A DNA stretch of 64,000 bases from sequence record NC_049462.1; one strand, 5' to 3'. Source of the DNA: Klebsiella phage Magnus. A program made the position numbers and the translations under genes. The notes beneath the pieces were generated by a model. That model was not told the origin of the DNA, made no database searches, and saw nothing but the letters and a program-made list of their open reading frames with translations. Below, piece after piece: positions 1 through 9,662 of this stretch; position 1 is the stretch's first letter, and the number at the start of each line of letters is the position of its first letter.

Positions 1-18
1 GACAACACTGGGATTACA

Positions 19-300
19 ATGGATTTTCGTGAGCGCATAGGCCACTTCGAAAATAAGAAAGAATCACAGCGTGAAAAGGAAAGACAAAAACAAGCCGACC
101 TCAAAGAAGACGAAAAGAACAAAAAGATTCCAAAAGGTATACTTCAATGTCTTCGTGGACCACAAAATAATGCTACCGCACAGGCCGAAGATGATTCAGA
201 ACAAGACTTCGGCAAAACCCAATTCAGCCTTGAAGAAATAATGGATAGCCCTACGCTGCTATCCGAATTATCAGGAGAAAAGAATAATGGCGATTGCTAA
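19..300 (+). CDS. Hypothetical basic/acidic small protein (possibly begins upstream of the window); its stop overlaps the gp47 start
   Basis: ORF in frame to 300; lysine/glutamate rich; ends in overlap ...GAATAATGG with the next gene; no recognisable motif. Confidence 0.3.
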   Translation: MDFRERIGHFENKKESQREKERQKQADLKEDEKNKKIPKGILQCLRGPQNNATAQAEDDSEQDFGKTQFSLEEIMDSPTLLSELSGEKNNGDC

Positions 301-1405
301 GATCGGCGATTTACACATCGGGAGCCGCAATGGCTCTCGTTATGTTCGTGACTTCATTAAGAATTATCTCATCAACTATTTCATTCCTGAACTCGTTGAT
401 GCCGATATCAAAGAAGTCTGGCAATTCGGTGATACATTTGATGTCCGCAAATTCATGTATGGGCGCGACAAAGATTGGCTAAAAGATGAGTTGGTCCCGG
501 CTCTGCGCGCTGCTGGTATCAAATGGAATGGTCTGATCGGCAACCATGACATTACTTTGGAAGAGTCCAACCGCATCAACTGGCCTTCTTATTTGGTTGA
601 ACTTGCTCCCGATGTCTTTACTTACTACTCAGAACCGACGGAAGTTATGGTCGAGGGCAAAAAAGTTCTGGTGCTCCCGTGGATCAACAAAGAGAATTAT
701 GCGCGGTCGGTACAGATGTTGCAAGACACTGATGCAGAGTTCTGCTTTGCACACCTGGAACTGGCTGGTTTCAAAATGTATCAGTCCTCCACTTGTGACC
801 ATGGCCAGATCGATTTGTCTCTGTTGAGTAAGTTCACTCGTGTAGACACAGGACACTTCCACACCCGTTCGTTTGAAGGGAATGTTCAGTACCTGGGAAC
901 GCCGTATCATCTGACATGGGAAGACCACAAAGACGGGGATAACCGTGGATTCTACGTGGACGACCTGACAGAAGGTGGTGAGCTGTTCATCCCCAACAAC
1001 GCCAGCCAAACTCTATTCCGGTATGTGGAATATGATTACACCAAACTTTCATCTGATGACGAAGGTAATTGGATTGATCCGGAATGGCTAAACACCAAGT
1101 TGGGTATTGAAGGACAGATCGTTAAGATTATCGTAACCAATCGCGATAATTCTAAACATTACGAGAAGTTCTGTGATGCGATGAAGCGCTGTAAATGTAT
1201 TGACTACAACTTCATCGATAAGACCGTGACCGTTTCGGCTGAAAAGGTTGAAGTCACCGAAGAAATGATCGCGACCGATGCCGTGGAAGTTCTGAAGAAT
1301 GATATCCGCGCTGCCGACAATATCCAGCGCCCAGAATCGGTCTGTAAACTGGCCGAAGCATTCTATACAGCCGCCCAACAACGTCTTAATACTCTGGATG
1401 CATAA
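287..1405 (+). CDS. gp47: Recombination endonuclease subunit gp47 (Mre11/SbcD-like calcineurin-fold phosphoesterase)
   Basis: N-terminal DLHIG, GDxFD, GNHD and GHFH phosphoesterase motifs; immediately followed by the Rad50-like partner; RBS AGGAGAA upstream. Confidence 0.8.
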   Translation: MAIAKIGDLHIGSRNGSRYVRDFIKNYLINYFIPELVDADIKEVWQFGDTFDVRKFMYGRDKDWLKDELVPALRAAGIKWNGLIGNHDITLEESNRINWPSYLVELAPDVFTYYSEPTEVMVEGKKVLVLPWINKENYARSVQMLQDTDAEFCFAHLELAGFKMYQSSTCDHGQIDLSLLSKFTRVDTGHFHTRSFEGNVQYLGTPYHLTWEDHKDGDNRGFYVDDLTEGGELFIPNNASQTLFRYVEYDYTKLSSDDEGNWIDPEWLNTKLGIEGQIVKIIVTNRDNSKHYEKFCDAMKRCKCIDYNFIDKTVTVSAEKVEVTEEMIATDAVEVLKNDIRAADNIQRPESVCKLAEAFYTAAQQRLNTLDA

Positions 1406-1407
1406 CG

Positions 1408-3735
1408 ATGACAGATATCCTTGAAAAATTTGGCAACCTGTTAAAAGAAGCTGCGACGCCGGAAGATATCCCGGTTCCATTTGATGTGCGTGGTGATGTT
1501 ACCCACAAACTCACCTTCCGTAAGGGGCGGGCGAAGAACTTCCGTTCTATTGGTAATGAATTCATGGAAATTGATTACCAACGAAACCCAGCAACCCTTG
1601 TTACATCTGATGATAATGGTGCCGGGAAATCCACTATGTTGGTCTGGCTGTTATTCTTTGTCCTGTACAACGATACATACAGCAAGAAAGAGAAGAAGGC
1701 CGGGCTGGTAAATTCTCAGAACAAAAAGGACTGCGTTGGTGAAGTAGAATTCGCCTGCCGGGGTAGTGAATGGAAGGTCCGCCGTGGGATCAAACCCGAC
1801 TTCGTTGAAGTTCATCAGCTGGTTGACGGGGAATGGAAACAGGTTGTAAACGAAGCGGCTAAAGCCGACATGAACAAGTATATCGTCAACCTGATCGGCA
1901 TCGACCAGAAGATGTTTGAGAACTCCCTGGTGTTGGGTAAAGAGAAATTCATCCCGTTCACGGAAATGTATACGGCTGACCGCCGTACCATGGTAGAAGC
2001 GATATGGGATCTTGGTTTCTTCAGCCTGATGAATGAGGATGTTAAGGCAAAGATCAAGGTGCTCAACAAAACGTTGGAAGATATCTCCAATGAGTTTGGT
2101 ATGAAAATGATTGATCATACCAACAAAAAGACGCAGCTGGCACAGATCATTGAATCTAATAATCGTATCCAACAACAATCTGCTGAGATCCTTGAGCAGG
2201 AACGGATCCGGCTTTCCAGTCTGGATGCGGATATTTCTTCGTATCAAGATGAAATGGCCCGGCTACAGGAAGTCGAAGTCAACACCAAAAAGGAAATTGG
2301 TGAAGTAGAAAGTCGTCTCAATCAAGAATCTACTGAAGAGATAGAAAACCTAAAGGCACAATATGCCGAGAAGATGAAAGCAGTAGATGACATTGCATCA
2401 GATAAAGCTGAGGACTATGAGCGTATAGAATTGTCTTCGGCTGAGCAGGCGCTTAACAATATCCGAGACCAAGCCCGTAAGGTCACTGAACGCAAAAACG
2501 AAGTACTCAACCAGCGCAATGAGAATCTGAATGTTCTCAACGAAGCGATGGAAAGGATGCGTTATGGCGAAGGTTTCAGGATCAAATTCCAAACCGAAAA
2601 AGAAGGGTATCAGGAATCCATTCAGAAGTTCCATGATATGGGTACTTGCCCAACTTGCCAACAAGAAGTATCTGAAGAAGCTAAATCCCAGGTCCAATAC
2701 GAAGGCAACATCAAAATTAAAGATGTAGATTCCCGTATTGAACGACTGGAAACTATGCTGGAAGAAATCAATACCACCATAGCAGAGCACAAAGCGAAGG
2801 ATGATGAATTTGTTCGCCAAGTCGCTGAAATCGATGCTGAGTTAAGTTCTCTGCGAGACCAAGCGGCAGAAGCGCATAATGGTATTGAAACGATTAAACG
2901 GGATATTCAAGAGTTCTACAAAACTGCTGAAATTGAGAAGGCTTCTCTTGACCGTGAACTCAAATCTCAAATCCTGTCTAACCGCCAGGCGCTGAACACC
3001 AGGTTCGATGACATTACGGCATCATTACAACAAACGTTAGAGACAGCCTCTCAGGGACGCGCAACTGTCAAGGATAAGATCGGCGAGCTGAAAGCCCGTC
3101 GTGCCCCTCTCGTTGCTTCGATTGCCGATTTGGAGCGTAAACTATCCGTACAGCCGACTCTAACTGCCGACCTGGAAGCAGTCATTGCAGGTATTGAACA
3201 ATCTCTGAAAGATCTGGAAGAACGGCGTCAAACGACAGATGAAGAACTTCAGGATCATAATCATCTTCTCCACTTCTTGAAGGATGACCAGACCAAGGCC
3301 CGCATTATCTCCTTGTACCTGCCATTCTTGAATAAGAAGATCAATGAATATCTGGAAGGGATGAATATGTTCTTGGACATTTCTGTGGACGATACGTTTG
3401 ATATCACCATGGGAACCGCCGGGCGTAAAGGGCAAAGTCTCTTCAGCTTATCTTCCGGTCAGCGCGTCCGTGTTAACATTGCCATCACCATGGCTCTGCG
3501 TGACGTCGCTAACCTGAAAGCATCTGTCCAATGTAACATACTGGTGTTTGACGAAGTGCTGGAGAACCTTTCTGAGCGCGGTGTACAAGAATGCATTGAG
3601 ATGCTGAAATACAAATTCAGCAATAATAATCTCTTCGTCATCAGTCAACGTGAGCAGGAATTCCAGGAATATTTTTCTAATAACATTCGTTATGGGCTGC
3701 GAAATGGTATGACCCAGGTGATCAGCAAGGAGTGA
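1408..3735 (+). CDS. gp46: Recombination ATPase gp46 (Rad50/SbcC-like SMC ATPase)
   Basis: Walker A DNGAGKST near N-terminus, very long coiled-coil middle with zinc-hook CPTC, C-terminal signature LSSGQ and Walker B LVFDE; 775 aa (longer coiled coil than T4 gp46). Confidence 0.8.
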   Translation: MTDILEKFGNLLKEAATPEDIPVPFDVRGDVTHKLTFRKGRAKNFRSIGNEFMEIDYQRNPATLVTSDDNGAGKSTMLVWLLFFVLYNDTYSKKEKKAGLVNSQNKKDCVGEVEFACRGSEWKVRRGIKPDFVEVHQLVDGEWKQVVNEAAKADMNKYIVNLIGIDQKMFENSLVLGKEKFIPFTEMYTADRRTMVEAIWDLGFFSLMNEDVKAKIKVLNKTLEDISNEFGMKMIDHTNKKTQLAQIIESNNRIQQQSAEILEQERIRLSSLDADISSYQDEMARLQEVEVNTKKEIGEVESRLNQESTEEIENLKAQYAEKMKAVDDIASDKAEDYERIELSSAEQALNNIRDQARKVTERKNEVLNQRNENLNVLNEAMERMRYGEGFRIKFQTEKEGYQESIQKFHDMGTCPTCQQEVSEEAKSQVQYEGNIKIKDVDSRIERLETMLEEINTTIAEHKAKDDEFVRQVAEIDAELSSLRDQAAEAHNGIETIKRDIQEFYKTAEIEKASLDRELKSQILSNRQALNTRFDDITASLQQTLETASQGRATVKDKIGELKARRAPLVASIADLERKLSVQPTLTADLEAVIAGIEQSLKDLEERRQTTDEELQDHNHLLHFLKDDQTKARIISLYLPFLNKKINEYLEGMNMFLDISVDDTFDITMGTAGRKGQSLFSLSSGQRVRVNIAITMALRDVANLKASVQCNILVFDEVLENLSERGVQECIEMLKYKFSNNNLFVISQREQEFQEYFSNNIRYGLRNGMTQVISKE

Positions 3736-3737
3736 TC

Positions 3738-4058
3738 ATGAAAGTCGTCCATTTCAAGAAGGAACCATATGACATCTACATCGGGAGACCCGGAAAATGG
3801 GGGAACCCGTTTGAGGTCAAATATCATGGGCGCGGTAATTGCATCGAATTATTTGAAGATGATCTTTACCGACGCTTGATAAATGGAGATATCACGGAAG
3901 ATGAACTCCTTGAATTGGACGGAAAGGTCTTAGGGTGTTGGTGTAAGCCGCGCCCTTGCCACGGTGATGTTTATGTCAAAGTGGTCAACCGTATTAAACT
4001 ATTCCGATTGATGGGTAAATCCTTTGTAGAGCACTTGAGACAAACATATGGGAAATAA
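3738..4058 (+). CDS. Small conserved phage protein (GRPGKWGNPF motif, DUF4326-like)
   Basis: ATG at 3738 preceded by AAGGAG; overlaps gp46 stop; motif GRPGKWGNPF plus CWC..PC.HGD cysteine/histidine cluster. Confidence 0.45.
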   Translation: MKVVHFKKEPYDIYIGRPGKWGNPFEVKYHGRGNCIELFEDDLYRRLINGDITEDELLELDGKVLGCWCKPRPCHGDVYVKVVNRIKLFRLMGKSFVEHLRQTYGK

Positions 4059-4329
4059 CATAGACGAAATATTCGAGGCATCAAAGATTGCATGTGACAC
4101 CTGGAATAGCAATAACCCGAAGTTTCCTGTGGCCATTGGCGTTATTTCATACCATCTTGAAGGATACGTGATATTTGTTGACGGGAAAATCAACTTTTAC
4201 CGTGATGGGCATGAATTCAACGGATTATTCAAGATCGGGAATTACAAAACTTCATTTGATGACCCTATGGAACTGGTGTATGCCTGGTTAGAATGCATCG
4301 AAGAATGCTATAACGCCAAATTTGAATAA
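4048..4329 (+). CDS. Hypothetical protein
   Basis: 93-aa ORF followed by terminator hairpin at 4334-4369; weak RBS. Confidence 0.35.
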   Translation: MGNNIDEIFEASKIACDTWNSNNPKFPVAIGVISYHLEGYVIFVDGKINFYRDGHEFNGLFKIGNYKTSFDDPMELVYAWLECIEECYNAKFE

Positions 4330-4333
4330 TGAT

Positions 4334-4369
4334 AAAGGGCGCTAATTATCTGGTGCCCTTTATCTTTTA
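4334..4369 (+). terminator. Rho-independent terminator hairpin (aaagggc...gcccttt + T-run)
   Basis: 7-bp GC stem, 14-nt loop, followed by tttatctttt. Confidence 0.5.
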
Positions 4370-4426
4370 ACCCTGTCAGGAGGCTCAATCGAGCTGCAAG
4401 TCGACAAACAAATAAGGAACGCCATC

Positions 4427-5044
4427 ATGACGATGACAACGTTGAAGGCCATGGCTGCTTTCGTGACCTTTACCATTGCCAGCGGGAGTGTGCACGCTTC
4501 CCAAAGTACATCACAATGTGACTATGATTTTTCTGAGCAACAACTATCCACCATGGCGACTGCATACCACGTAGGCAAGTCCCAATCTCTTGGTTACACC
4601 CTGGCAGCTATATCCTGGAGAGAGTCCCGTGCGGGCGAAGACGTCGTGTCTATGCGATCTGGTATCAAAGCCGCCAATATGGGAGCATTTCAAAACAAAG
4701 TTCAAAGTGTTGGGGATCGGGAAGGATGTAAGAACAGAAAGTGCTATGCCAATGTGGCTGTGAAACTTTTGATTGATCAGGAGTATGCTGCCAACGCCGC
4801 GCTGGATGAGATGAATTTCTGGATGAACCAACATAATCAGAATGTACGCAAGTCTCTTTCATCGTATAATGCCGGGCACGCACACAACAGCAAATCGAAT
4901 TCGTATGCTGCCGATGTAGTGAAGAAGGCTAAATATCTGCAAAGATGTGTGTCTTTCAAAGGCATTCCCGCGAGTTCGAAAGTTGATCCTCAGGTGATAG
5001 CCATGAACAAGCGCACTATAGAGAAACTCAAGAGGACGCGATAA
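4427..5044 (+). CDS. Secreted (Sec signal peptide) soluble lytic transglycosylase-like protein
   Basis: N-terminal signal peptide MTMTTLKAMAAFVTFTIASGSVHA/SQ; SLT-like motifs WRESRAGED...AANMGAFQ and YNAG; RBS AAGGAA. Confidence 0.5.
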   Translation: MTMTTLKAMAAFVTFTIASGSVHASQSTSQCDYDFSEQQLSTMATAYHVGKSQSLGYTLAAISWRESRAGEDVVSMRSGIKAANMGAFQNKVQSVGDREGCKNRKCYANVAVKLLIDQEYAANAALDEMNFWMNQHNQNVRKSLSSYNAGHAHNSKSNSYAADVVKKAKYLQRCVSFKGIPASSKVDPQVIAMNKRTIEKLKRTR

Positions 5045-5682
5045 TGAATATCACCCCATCTCAAACAGGTTATGAGCACCTGATGGTCTTCCTGGCTATT
5101 CAGGGAGCCAAAGAGGGCATCATAACTTCAGAATACAGCGGGACCGTCCGCTTGATCGACTACACGGCCAGCGAAGCATTTATCAAGAAATGTATCACGG
5201 CATGGACCAAATATGCCGTTGGGACTTACCCGTCCCCTCCTGCTGGAGAAATGTTATTTGTCGTGCCTACCCTGGCGACAACCGATACTGACGAGATCTT
5301 TGCCGATATGCTGTCCAAAGGATATCTGGCTTATGACACACAGCATGATATCTATGACTTCTCGGCCTTGAATCGAGTGTTCGGTTATACGATCACTTCT
5401 GAAGCGAATATCCCAGATTGGGGGATCCTGGCTTGGGGTAAAGATGGCCTTGGGGCGACATATGCTTCATCTGATGTTGGGCCAGTTCTTATTGATCCGG
5501 GCGTTACTATGGAGCAGTACCTTGCCCAATTCCCTCAGCATGGTGTAACGGGTAGCGACATCATTATCGTATACCCTGGTTCTAACGCCCTTGAGCGTCT
5601 TGTGTCCGGATGGGATCCACATCTGAAAGCGGTCGTAGAAGGTATCCGCTTCTACATCCCGGTAGTAAATCCCACAGCATAA
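5044..5682 (+). CDS. Hypothetical protein
   Basis: TAATG overlap with upstream gene; 212 aa, no recognisable motif. Confidence 0.45.
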   Translation: MNITPSQTGYEHLMVFLAIQGAKEGIITSEYSGTVRLIDYTASEAFIKKCITAWTKYAVGTYPSPPAGEMLFVVPTLATTDTDEIFADMLSKGYLAYDTQHDIYDFSALNRVFGYTITSEANIPDWGILAWGKDGLGATYASSDVGPVLIDPGVTMEQYLAQFPQHGVTGSDIIIVYPGSNALERLVSGWDPHLKAVVEGIRFYIPVVNPTA

Positions 5683-5694
5683 AATAATTCAATA

Positions 5695-5714
5695 AAAGGG
5701 GCTTCGGCCCCTTT
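5695..5714 (+). terminator. Rho-independent terminator hairpin aaaggggcTTCGgccccttt
   Basis: 8-bp GC stem with TTCG tetraloop after gene end. Confidence 0.6.
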
Positions 5715-5740
5715 ACTTATTCAATAACTACCCCTATAAT
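5712..5740 (+). promoter_or_regulatory. Sigma70-like early promoter TTTACT-17-TATAAT with TTCAATAA in spacer
   Basis: -35 TTTACT 5712-5717, -10 TATAAT 5735-5740; same architecture at 12694 and 39291. Confidence 0.5.
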
Positions 5741-5790
5741 TCAATACATAAGCAGTACGATGAAACAAATTGAAACGAAGGAACTACATT

Positions 5791-6126
5791 ATGACACAAC
5801 TCAAGAACTTCACCTCCGATGACATGTTTGCCTTCCAGGGCGCGGAGCACTTTGCTGACGGATCCGTACCTCGCATCTACTACTTCTCCGACGAAGAGAT
5901 GGAAGCGTTCTTCGATCTGATGGAAAAAGACTACGAATCTGGCGACTTCGTTTATATCATCCACCATGCTGAAGGCTTGTCCCTGGGCTGGACGGCCAAC
6001 AGCGAGCCGGAAGAAGTGAACTTCCCAGAAGGCATCATGTCAGAGCGCATAGAATATCTGCTGGAAGCCCTGGATTCACACACCCTTCCGCTCTGGGCGA
6101 TGTCTGTAGCCAAAGTTCAAAAATAA
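5791..6126 (+). CDS. Small acidic hypothetical protein (possible DNA-mimic/anti-restriction-type early protein)
   Basis: ATG 5791 with AGGAA RBS; acidic composition (DDMFAF, DEEMEAFFDLMEKDYESGD); downstream of predicted early promoter. Confidence 0.4.
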   Translation: MTQLKNFTSDDMFAFQGAEHFADGSVPRIYYFSDEEMEAFFDLMEKDYESGDFVYIIHHAEGLSLGWTANSEPEEVNFPEGIMSERIEYLLEALDSHTLPLWAMSVAKVQK

Positions 6127-6127
6127 G

Positions 6128-6150
6128 ATAAGGGGCTATAATGCCCCTTT
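6128..6150 (+). terminator. Terminator hairpin aaggggcTATAATgcccctt (loop is a -10 hexamer)
   Basis: GC stem with TATAAT loop followed by T-rich run; TTCAAA 15 nt upstream. Confidence 0.5.
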
Positions 6151-6200
6151 CCTTTCGCTAATTAATGGAAACCGTCCGTTTTATTATCAGGAGAACCACC

Positions 6201-8978
6201 ATGTCTATACCGAACTTCTTAGATTTCATGAAAGAGCGCGACCAGTTGGACGAAGCGTTCAACTCAGCTCCTTATGAACTCACCATGGGCAAGAAAAATG
6301 CCGGGGACGTTTTCTTCACCTTCATCGATGAAGATGATAAAGAATACCGTATCCAATTCTATACCCCGCAAGGTCTGGGTAAAAACGTCCGCCAGGTCTT
6401 CATCGGACAGAAACGTGGTTCAGTTTATCCTGATGCCATCGCCCGTTTCAAGAACCCGATGCGCGTTATCGCCAGCATGATCGAAGCCACCAAACAATTC
6501 ATGGCGACGCCTCTGGGTAAGACTATCGATGGCTATGCCGTCAACTTCTCTAAGAAAGCGCTGGATCGTGGTATGACCCTGATCCCGAAAATCATTCGTC
6601 AATCCGGCCTCAAACAGAAACTGAACGTCATGGATCTGACCTACGCGCCTGTCCCTGACCGTGGTTACGTTTGGCTGGTCAAAAAAGGAAAAGACCCGGC
6701 TCAGGTATTCGACGGTCCGAAGATGCAGGGTATCACCTGGGATGATCCAGACAAGGTCGGTGACGTCCCGGTTCAGAACAATATTCCGGATGTGGGGGCT
6801 TCATCTTCTGTTGATGATTCCAACGGATGGAAATTAACTTCAAACGGGGATCAGCCCATGTTGATATGGGTTGGTAAGGAGAGAGGCCGCATGAACACGG
6901 CAAATATCGCTCCCCACTACAATGAGCCAGGCGTGTATGTTGGCGCATACATGAATGAGAAATCTGTGCGTGGGCAAAGTGCTGATTTCATCGCTCGTCA
7001 GTTGAAATTACCGCAAGTCCCTATCAGTATCCTGAATGATTTCACCACGGCGTCCACAAAATTTTGGAAAGGTTCTCAGCAGAAGTCCGCGCCAGCTGAC
7101 TCCAACACCACTATTGGTGCTCGGGGTGTGGGAACCGGGGCTGGTTCTTCTGAAATCGAAGTCAACCGCGAGTGGTACAACAGCTCGGACACTGGTCTGG
7201 AGTTGAAGAGCGGGCGAGACCCGATTCGTGGAAACTACGTCCGCCTGATGAGCGGTTCGAAAGAAGTAGCCGCATTCTATGGTTATAATTTTGACAAATA
7301 TCCAGACGGGGCTGAGGTATCTTGGAATATGAAGCGCGGCTTCACCAACCAAGACTTGGTCGGTGCGTCCATGACCAAACAGAAGAAAGGCATGTACGAT
7401 CAGTACACTTTCAAGAAAGGTGCTCAGATAATTCTGGTGGTGGACGTTGACACCAGCAATGACACCGGCAATGACACCAGCGATGAACTTACCAAATCCA
7501 AGTGGCTCAATTTACTGAATTACATTGGCTACAGTAAGGCAGCTGGCGGCAAATTGTTTGGTGATGATGAATACATCAAGAACTTCGTGAAAGACCGTTA
7601 CAAACTGACTCTGTCAATTGCGCGACGTAATCAATCAGTCCAGATGTCTGTTAATGCCTGGAACGCAACAGCAGAAAAATGGGTAGCATTCCCGCCATCT
7701 GTGGGTGTGTTAGAAAATGTTGACATCAGCGATCCAAAACGATTCCCCAAGATTATTGATGATTTTGTTCAAACAGCAACGGACTACGTTGAAAAGAACT
7801 TGGAGAACGTCGTCGTTGGTTGGTATAACAAAACGGCACCTGCTGGACAACCAGTATTGGAGTTCCGTGAGAAATCAGGTATGTATGGTGGTGGTATCAA
7901 TGTGTTACCAAGTTCTGGCACCCCAGTATATGGTGTGTATTACGGTGCTTCCTCAAAATTAAGATCCTTTGCAGAAGTGTCCGGCTCAGACTTGGGTGTC
8001 CTGGCCAAAACCTTGAAACTCCCACCGATTCCGTCTGGTGTGGCTAAAGAGTTTACGAAGGCGGCGACTGCCTGGTGGAAACAGAAAAATATCACCCCAC
8101 CGAACACTGATTCTGGGGAACAATCCGTTTTGGATAATTTGAAGATACCACGTAACGCCACGGTGTTTGGTGAGACTGTCAACGGTATGTCCATCACTTG
8201 GTCCGGCATCAATTTCCCGGAAACTGGGAAATATGGTGGTGCTGTATTGACAACTAATGTGACCTGCTACTATGATAAAGACAAAGTCGCATTCACGCCG
8301 ATGATCTCCCAGAAAGGGCGGCTACTGAACAATCCGAAGACATATGAACTTCCTTTGAAGAAAACTATTGTTCAAGCCGTGATCGATGAAATTTCTTCGA
8401 AAATGGAAATTTTATCTCGGAATATGCAAACTCTGAAAAGCACGTCCTATAATCCGAAACAAGTATTTTTGGACGACATTGTTGTCGACAACAACGGTTC
8501 AGTCCTTTGGCGCGGGCACGACATGGCTGATCGCCGCACTACTGAATTCATGTTGGGTATCTTGAATGACGAAAATAGTCGTCTGGAGAAGGAGGGCGGC
8601 AAAGGGAAGACAGCTGCAGACCTGGCAACATATGCGGCGTCGATTGAAGAAAGTGCTCCAAAGGGGCGTGACCTTGATTGGCGGGTATACTTAACCAACA
8701 ATGGCAATTCCCTGCAGGTTGATTGGGAAATTACTTTCCGCCGCAACACACACGTCGGCGCCATGAAGGAATTCAGCGCTCAGGTCTACCGTGGCAACCG
8801 TTATCTGGAAGACGTATATGCCGATGCTAAGAGCAGAGGCTATGCGCCGGAACAACCGAACCTGATGGCGATGTCCGATGCTCAACGTAGCGATGACATG
8901 GCTATGATGAATGGCGAAGACGCATATTCCGAATACGAGCAGTCAATCGGCGGTAGTTTGAAAATTAATCTGAAGTAA
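6201..8978 (+). CDS. Large (925 aa) hypothetical protein with internal duplicated modules; candidate virion/injected protein
   Basis: ATG 6201 with AGGAGA RBS; two related segments QLKLPQVPISILNDFTTASTKFWKGSQQKS and KTLKLPPIPSGVAKEFTKAATAWWKQKN about 330 aa apart; flanked by terminator hairpins. Confidence 0.55.
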   Translation: MSIPNFLDFMKERDQLDEAFNSAPYELTMGKKNAGDVFFTFIDEDDKEYRIQFYTPQGLGKNVRQVFIGQKRGSVYPDAIARFKNPMRVIASMIEATKQFMATPLGKTIDGYAVNFSKKALDRGMTLIPKIIRQSGLKQKLNVMDLTYAPVPDRGYVWLVKKGKDPAQVFDGPKMQGITWDDPDKVGDVPVQNNIPDVGASSSVDDSNGWKLTSNGDQPMLIWVGKERGRMNTANIAPHYNEPGVYVGAYMNEKSVRGQSADFIARQLKLPQVPISILNDFTTASTKFWKGSQQKSAPADSNTTIGARGVGTGAGSSEIEVNREWYNSSDTGLELKSGRDPIRGNYVRLMSGSKEVAAFYGYNFDKYPDGAEVSWNMKRGFTNQDLVGASMTKQKKGMYDQYTFKKGAQIILVVDVDTSNDTGNDTSDELTKSKWLNLLNYIGYSKAAGGKLFGDDEYIKNFVKDRYKLTLSIARRNQSVQMSVNAWNATAEKWVAFPPSVGVLENVDISDPKRFPKIIDDFVQTATDYVEKNLENVVVGWYNKTAPAGQPVLEFREKSGMYGGGINVLPSSGTPVYGVYYGASSKLRSFAEVSGSDLGVLAKTLKLPPIPSGVAKEFTKAATAWWKQKNITPPNTDSGEQSVLDNLKIPRNATVFGETVNGMSITWSGINFPETGKYGGAVLTTNVTCYYDKDKVAFTPMISQKGRLLNNPKTYELPLKKTIVQAVIDEISSKMEILSRNMQTLKSTSYNPKQVFLDDIVVDNNGSVLWRGHDMADRRTTEFMLGILNDENSRLEKEGGKGKTAADLATYAASIEESAPKGRDLDWRVYLTNNGNSLQVDWEITFRRNTHVGAMKEFSAQVYRGNRYLEDVYADAKSRGYAPEQPNLMAMSDAQRSDDMAMMNGEDAYSEYEQSIGGSLKINLK

Positions 8979-8983
8979 ATGAT

Positions 8984-9002
8984 TAGCCCCTGCGGGGGCT
9001 AA
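8984..9002 (+). terminator. Terminator hairpin tagcccctgcgggggcta
   Basis: Perfect GC stem immediately after stop of the 925-aa gene. Confidence 0.55.
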
Positions 9003-9031
9003 TTATGAATAAATTCTTAGGAGATAAACCC

Positions 9032-9598
9032 ATGAAGACCTTTCTCGAATTCTTTACCGAACAAGCAGCGCAGCCTGTGACCCATGCTGGTGTACAGGGC
9101 AAAAGTGTTACCATCAAAAAGCAAGCTGACGGCACTCAGTGGTGCTCTGGTACTGTTACCCAGATCACTCCGGACAACGCAGCTGACACCTATAACCTGG
9201 AGCTGACCGATGGTAATACCGTCAAAGCAGTGCTGACCCCGGACCAGGTACACGCGGTGTCTCAGGGACAGGAAGTCGTAGCCGTTCATGACGGTTTCGA
9301 ATTCTTCTTTGGTAAGTCTGCTGACAAAGGCCAGGTCACTGAAGCATATGCTCAGGAACTCGCCAATATGGACAAAATGATCGGTAAGGCGCTGGGCGTC
9401 GGTAAATCTCGCAAGAGCGGGCGTACCGAATTTGAATATTCGGGCATCCCCGGTATCGGCAAATCTGTTGCTATCGACTTCGGCGGCGAAGACGACCCGT
9501 ATGTGATCGTCACCATGGGCGGAAAGCAACAGGACATCAGCAAAGGTAAAACGCTGGCTGTCGACATTGCCAAGTACCTGGGTGTCAAGCCTCAGTAA
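9032..9598 (+). CDS. Hypothetical protein
   Basis: ATG 9032 with AGGAGA RBS (first in-frame ATG at 9005 lacks RBS); Gly/Lys rich; followed by strong terminator 9616-9648. Confidence 0.5.
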   Translation: MKTFLEFFTEQAAQPVTHAGVQGKSVTIKKQADGTQWCSGTVTQITPDNAADTYNLELTDGNTVKAVLTPDQVHAVSQGQEVVAVHDGFEFFFGKSADKGQVTEAYAQELANMDKMIGKALGVGKSRKSGRTEFEYSGIPGIGKSVAIDFGGEDDPYVIVTMGGKQQDISKGKTLAVDIAKYLGVKPQ

Positions 9599-9615
9599 AT
9601 CTCCGGTTAGTAAAC

Positions 9616-9648
9616 AATCCCCCTTAAATACAGGGGGATTTCTTTTTC
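9616..9648 (+). terminator. Rho-independent terminator aatccccct-TAAATA-cagggggatt + T8
   Basis: 9-bp stem plus ttctttttc. Confidence 0.7.
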
Positions 9649-9662
9649 TGAGGATGTTTAAA

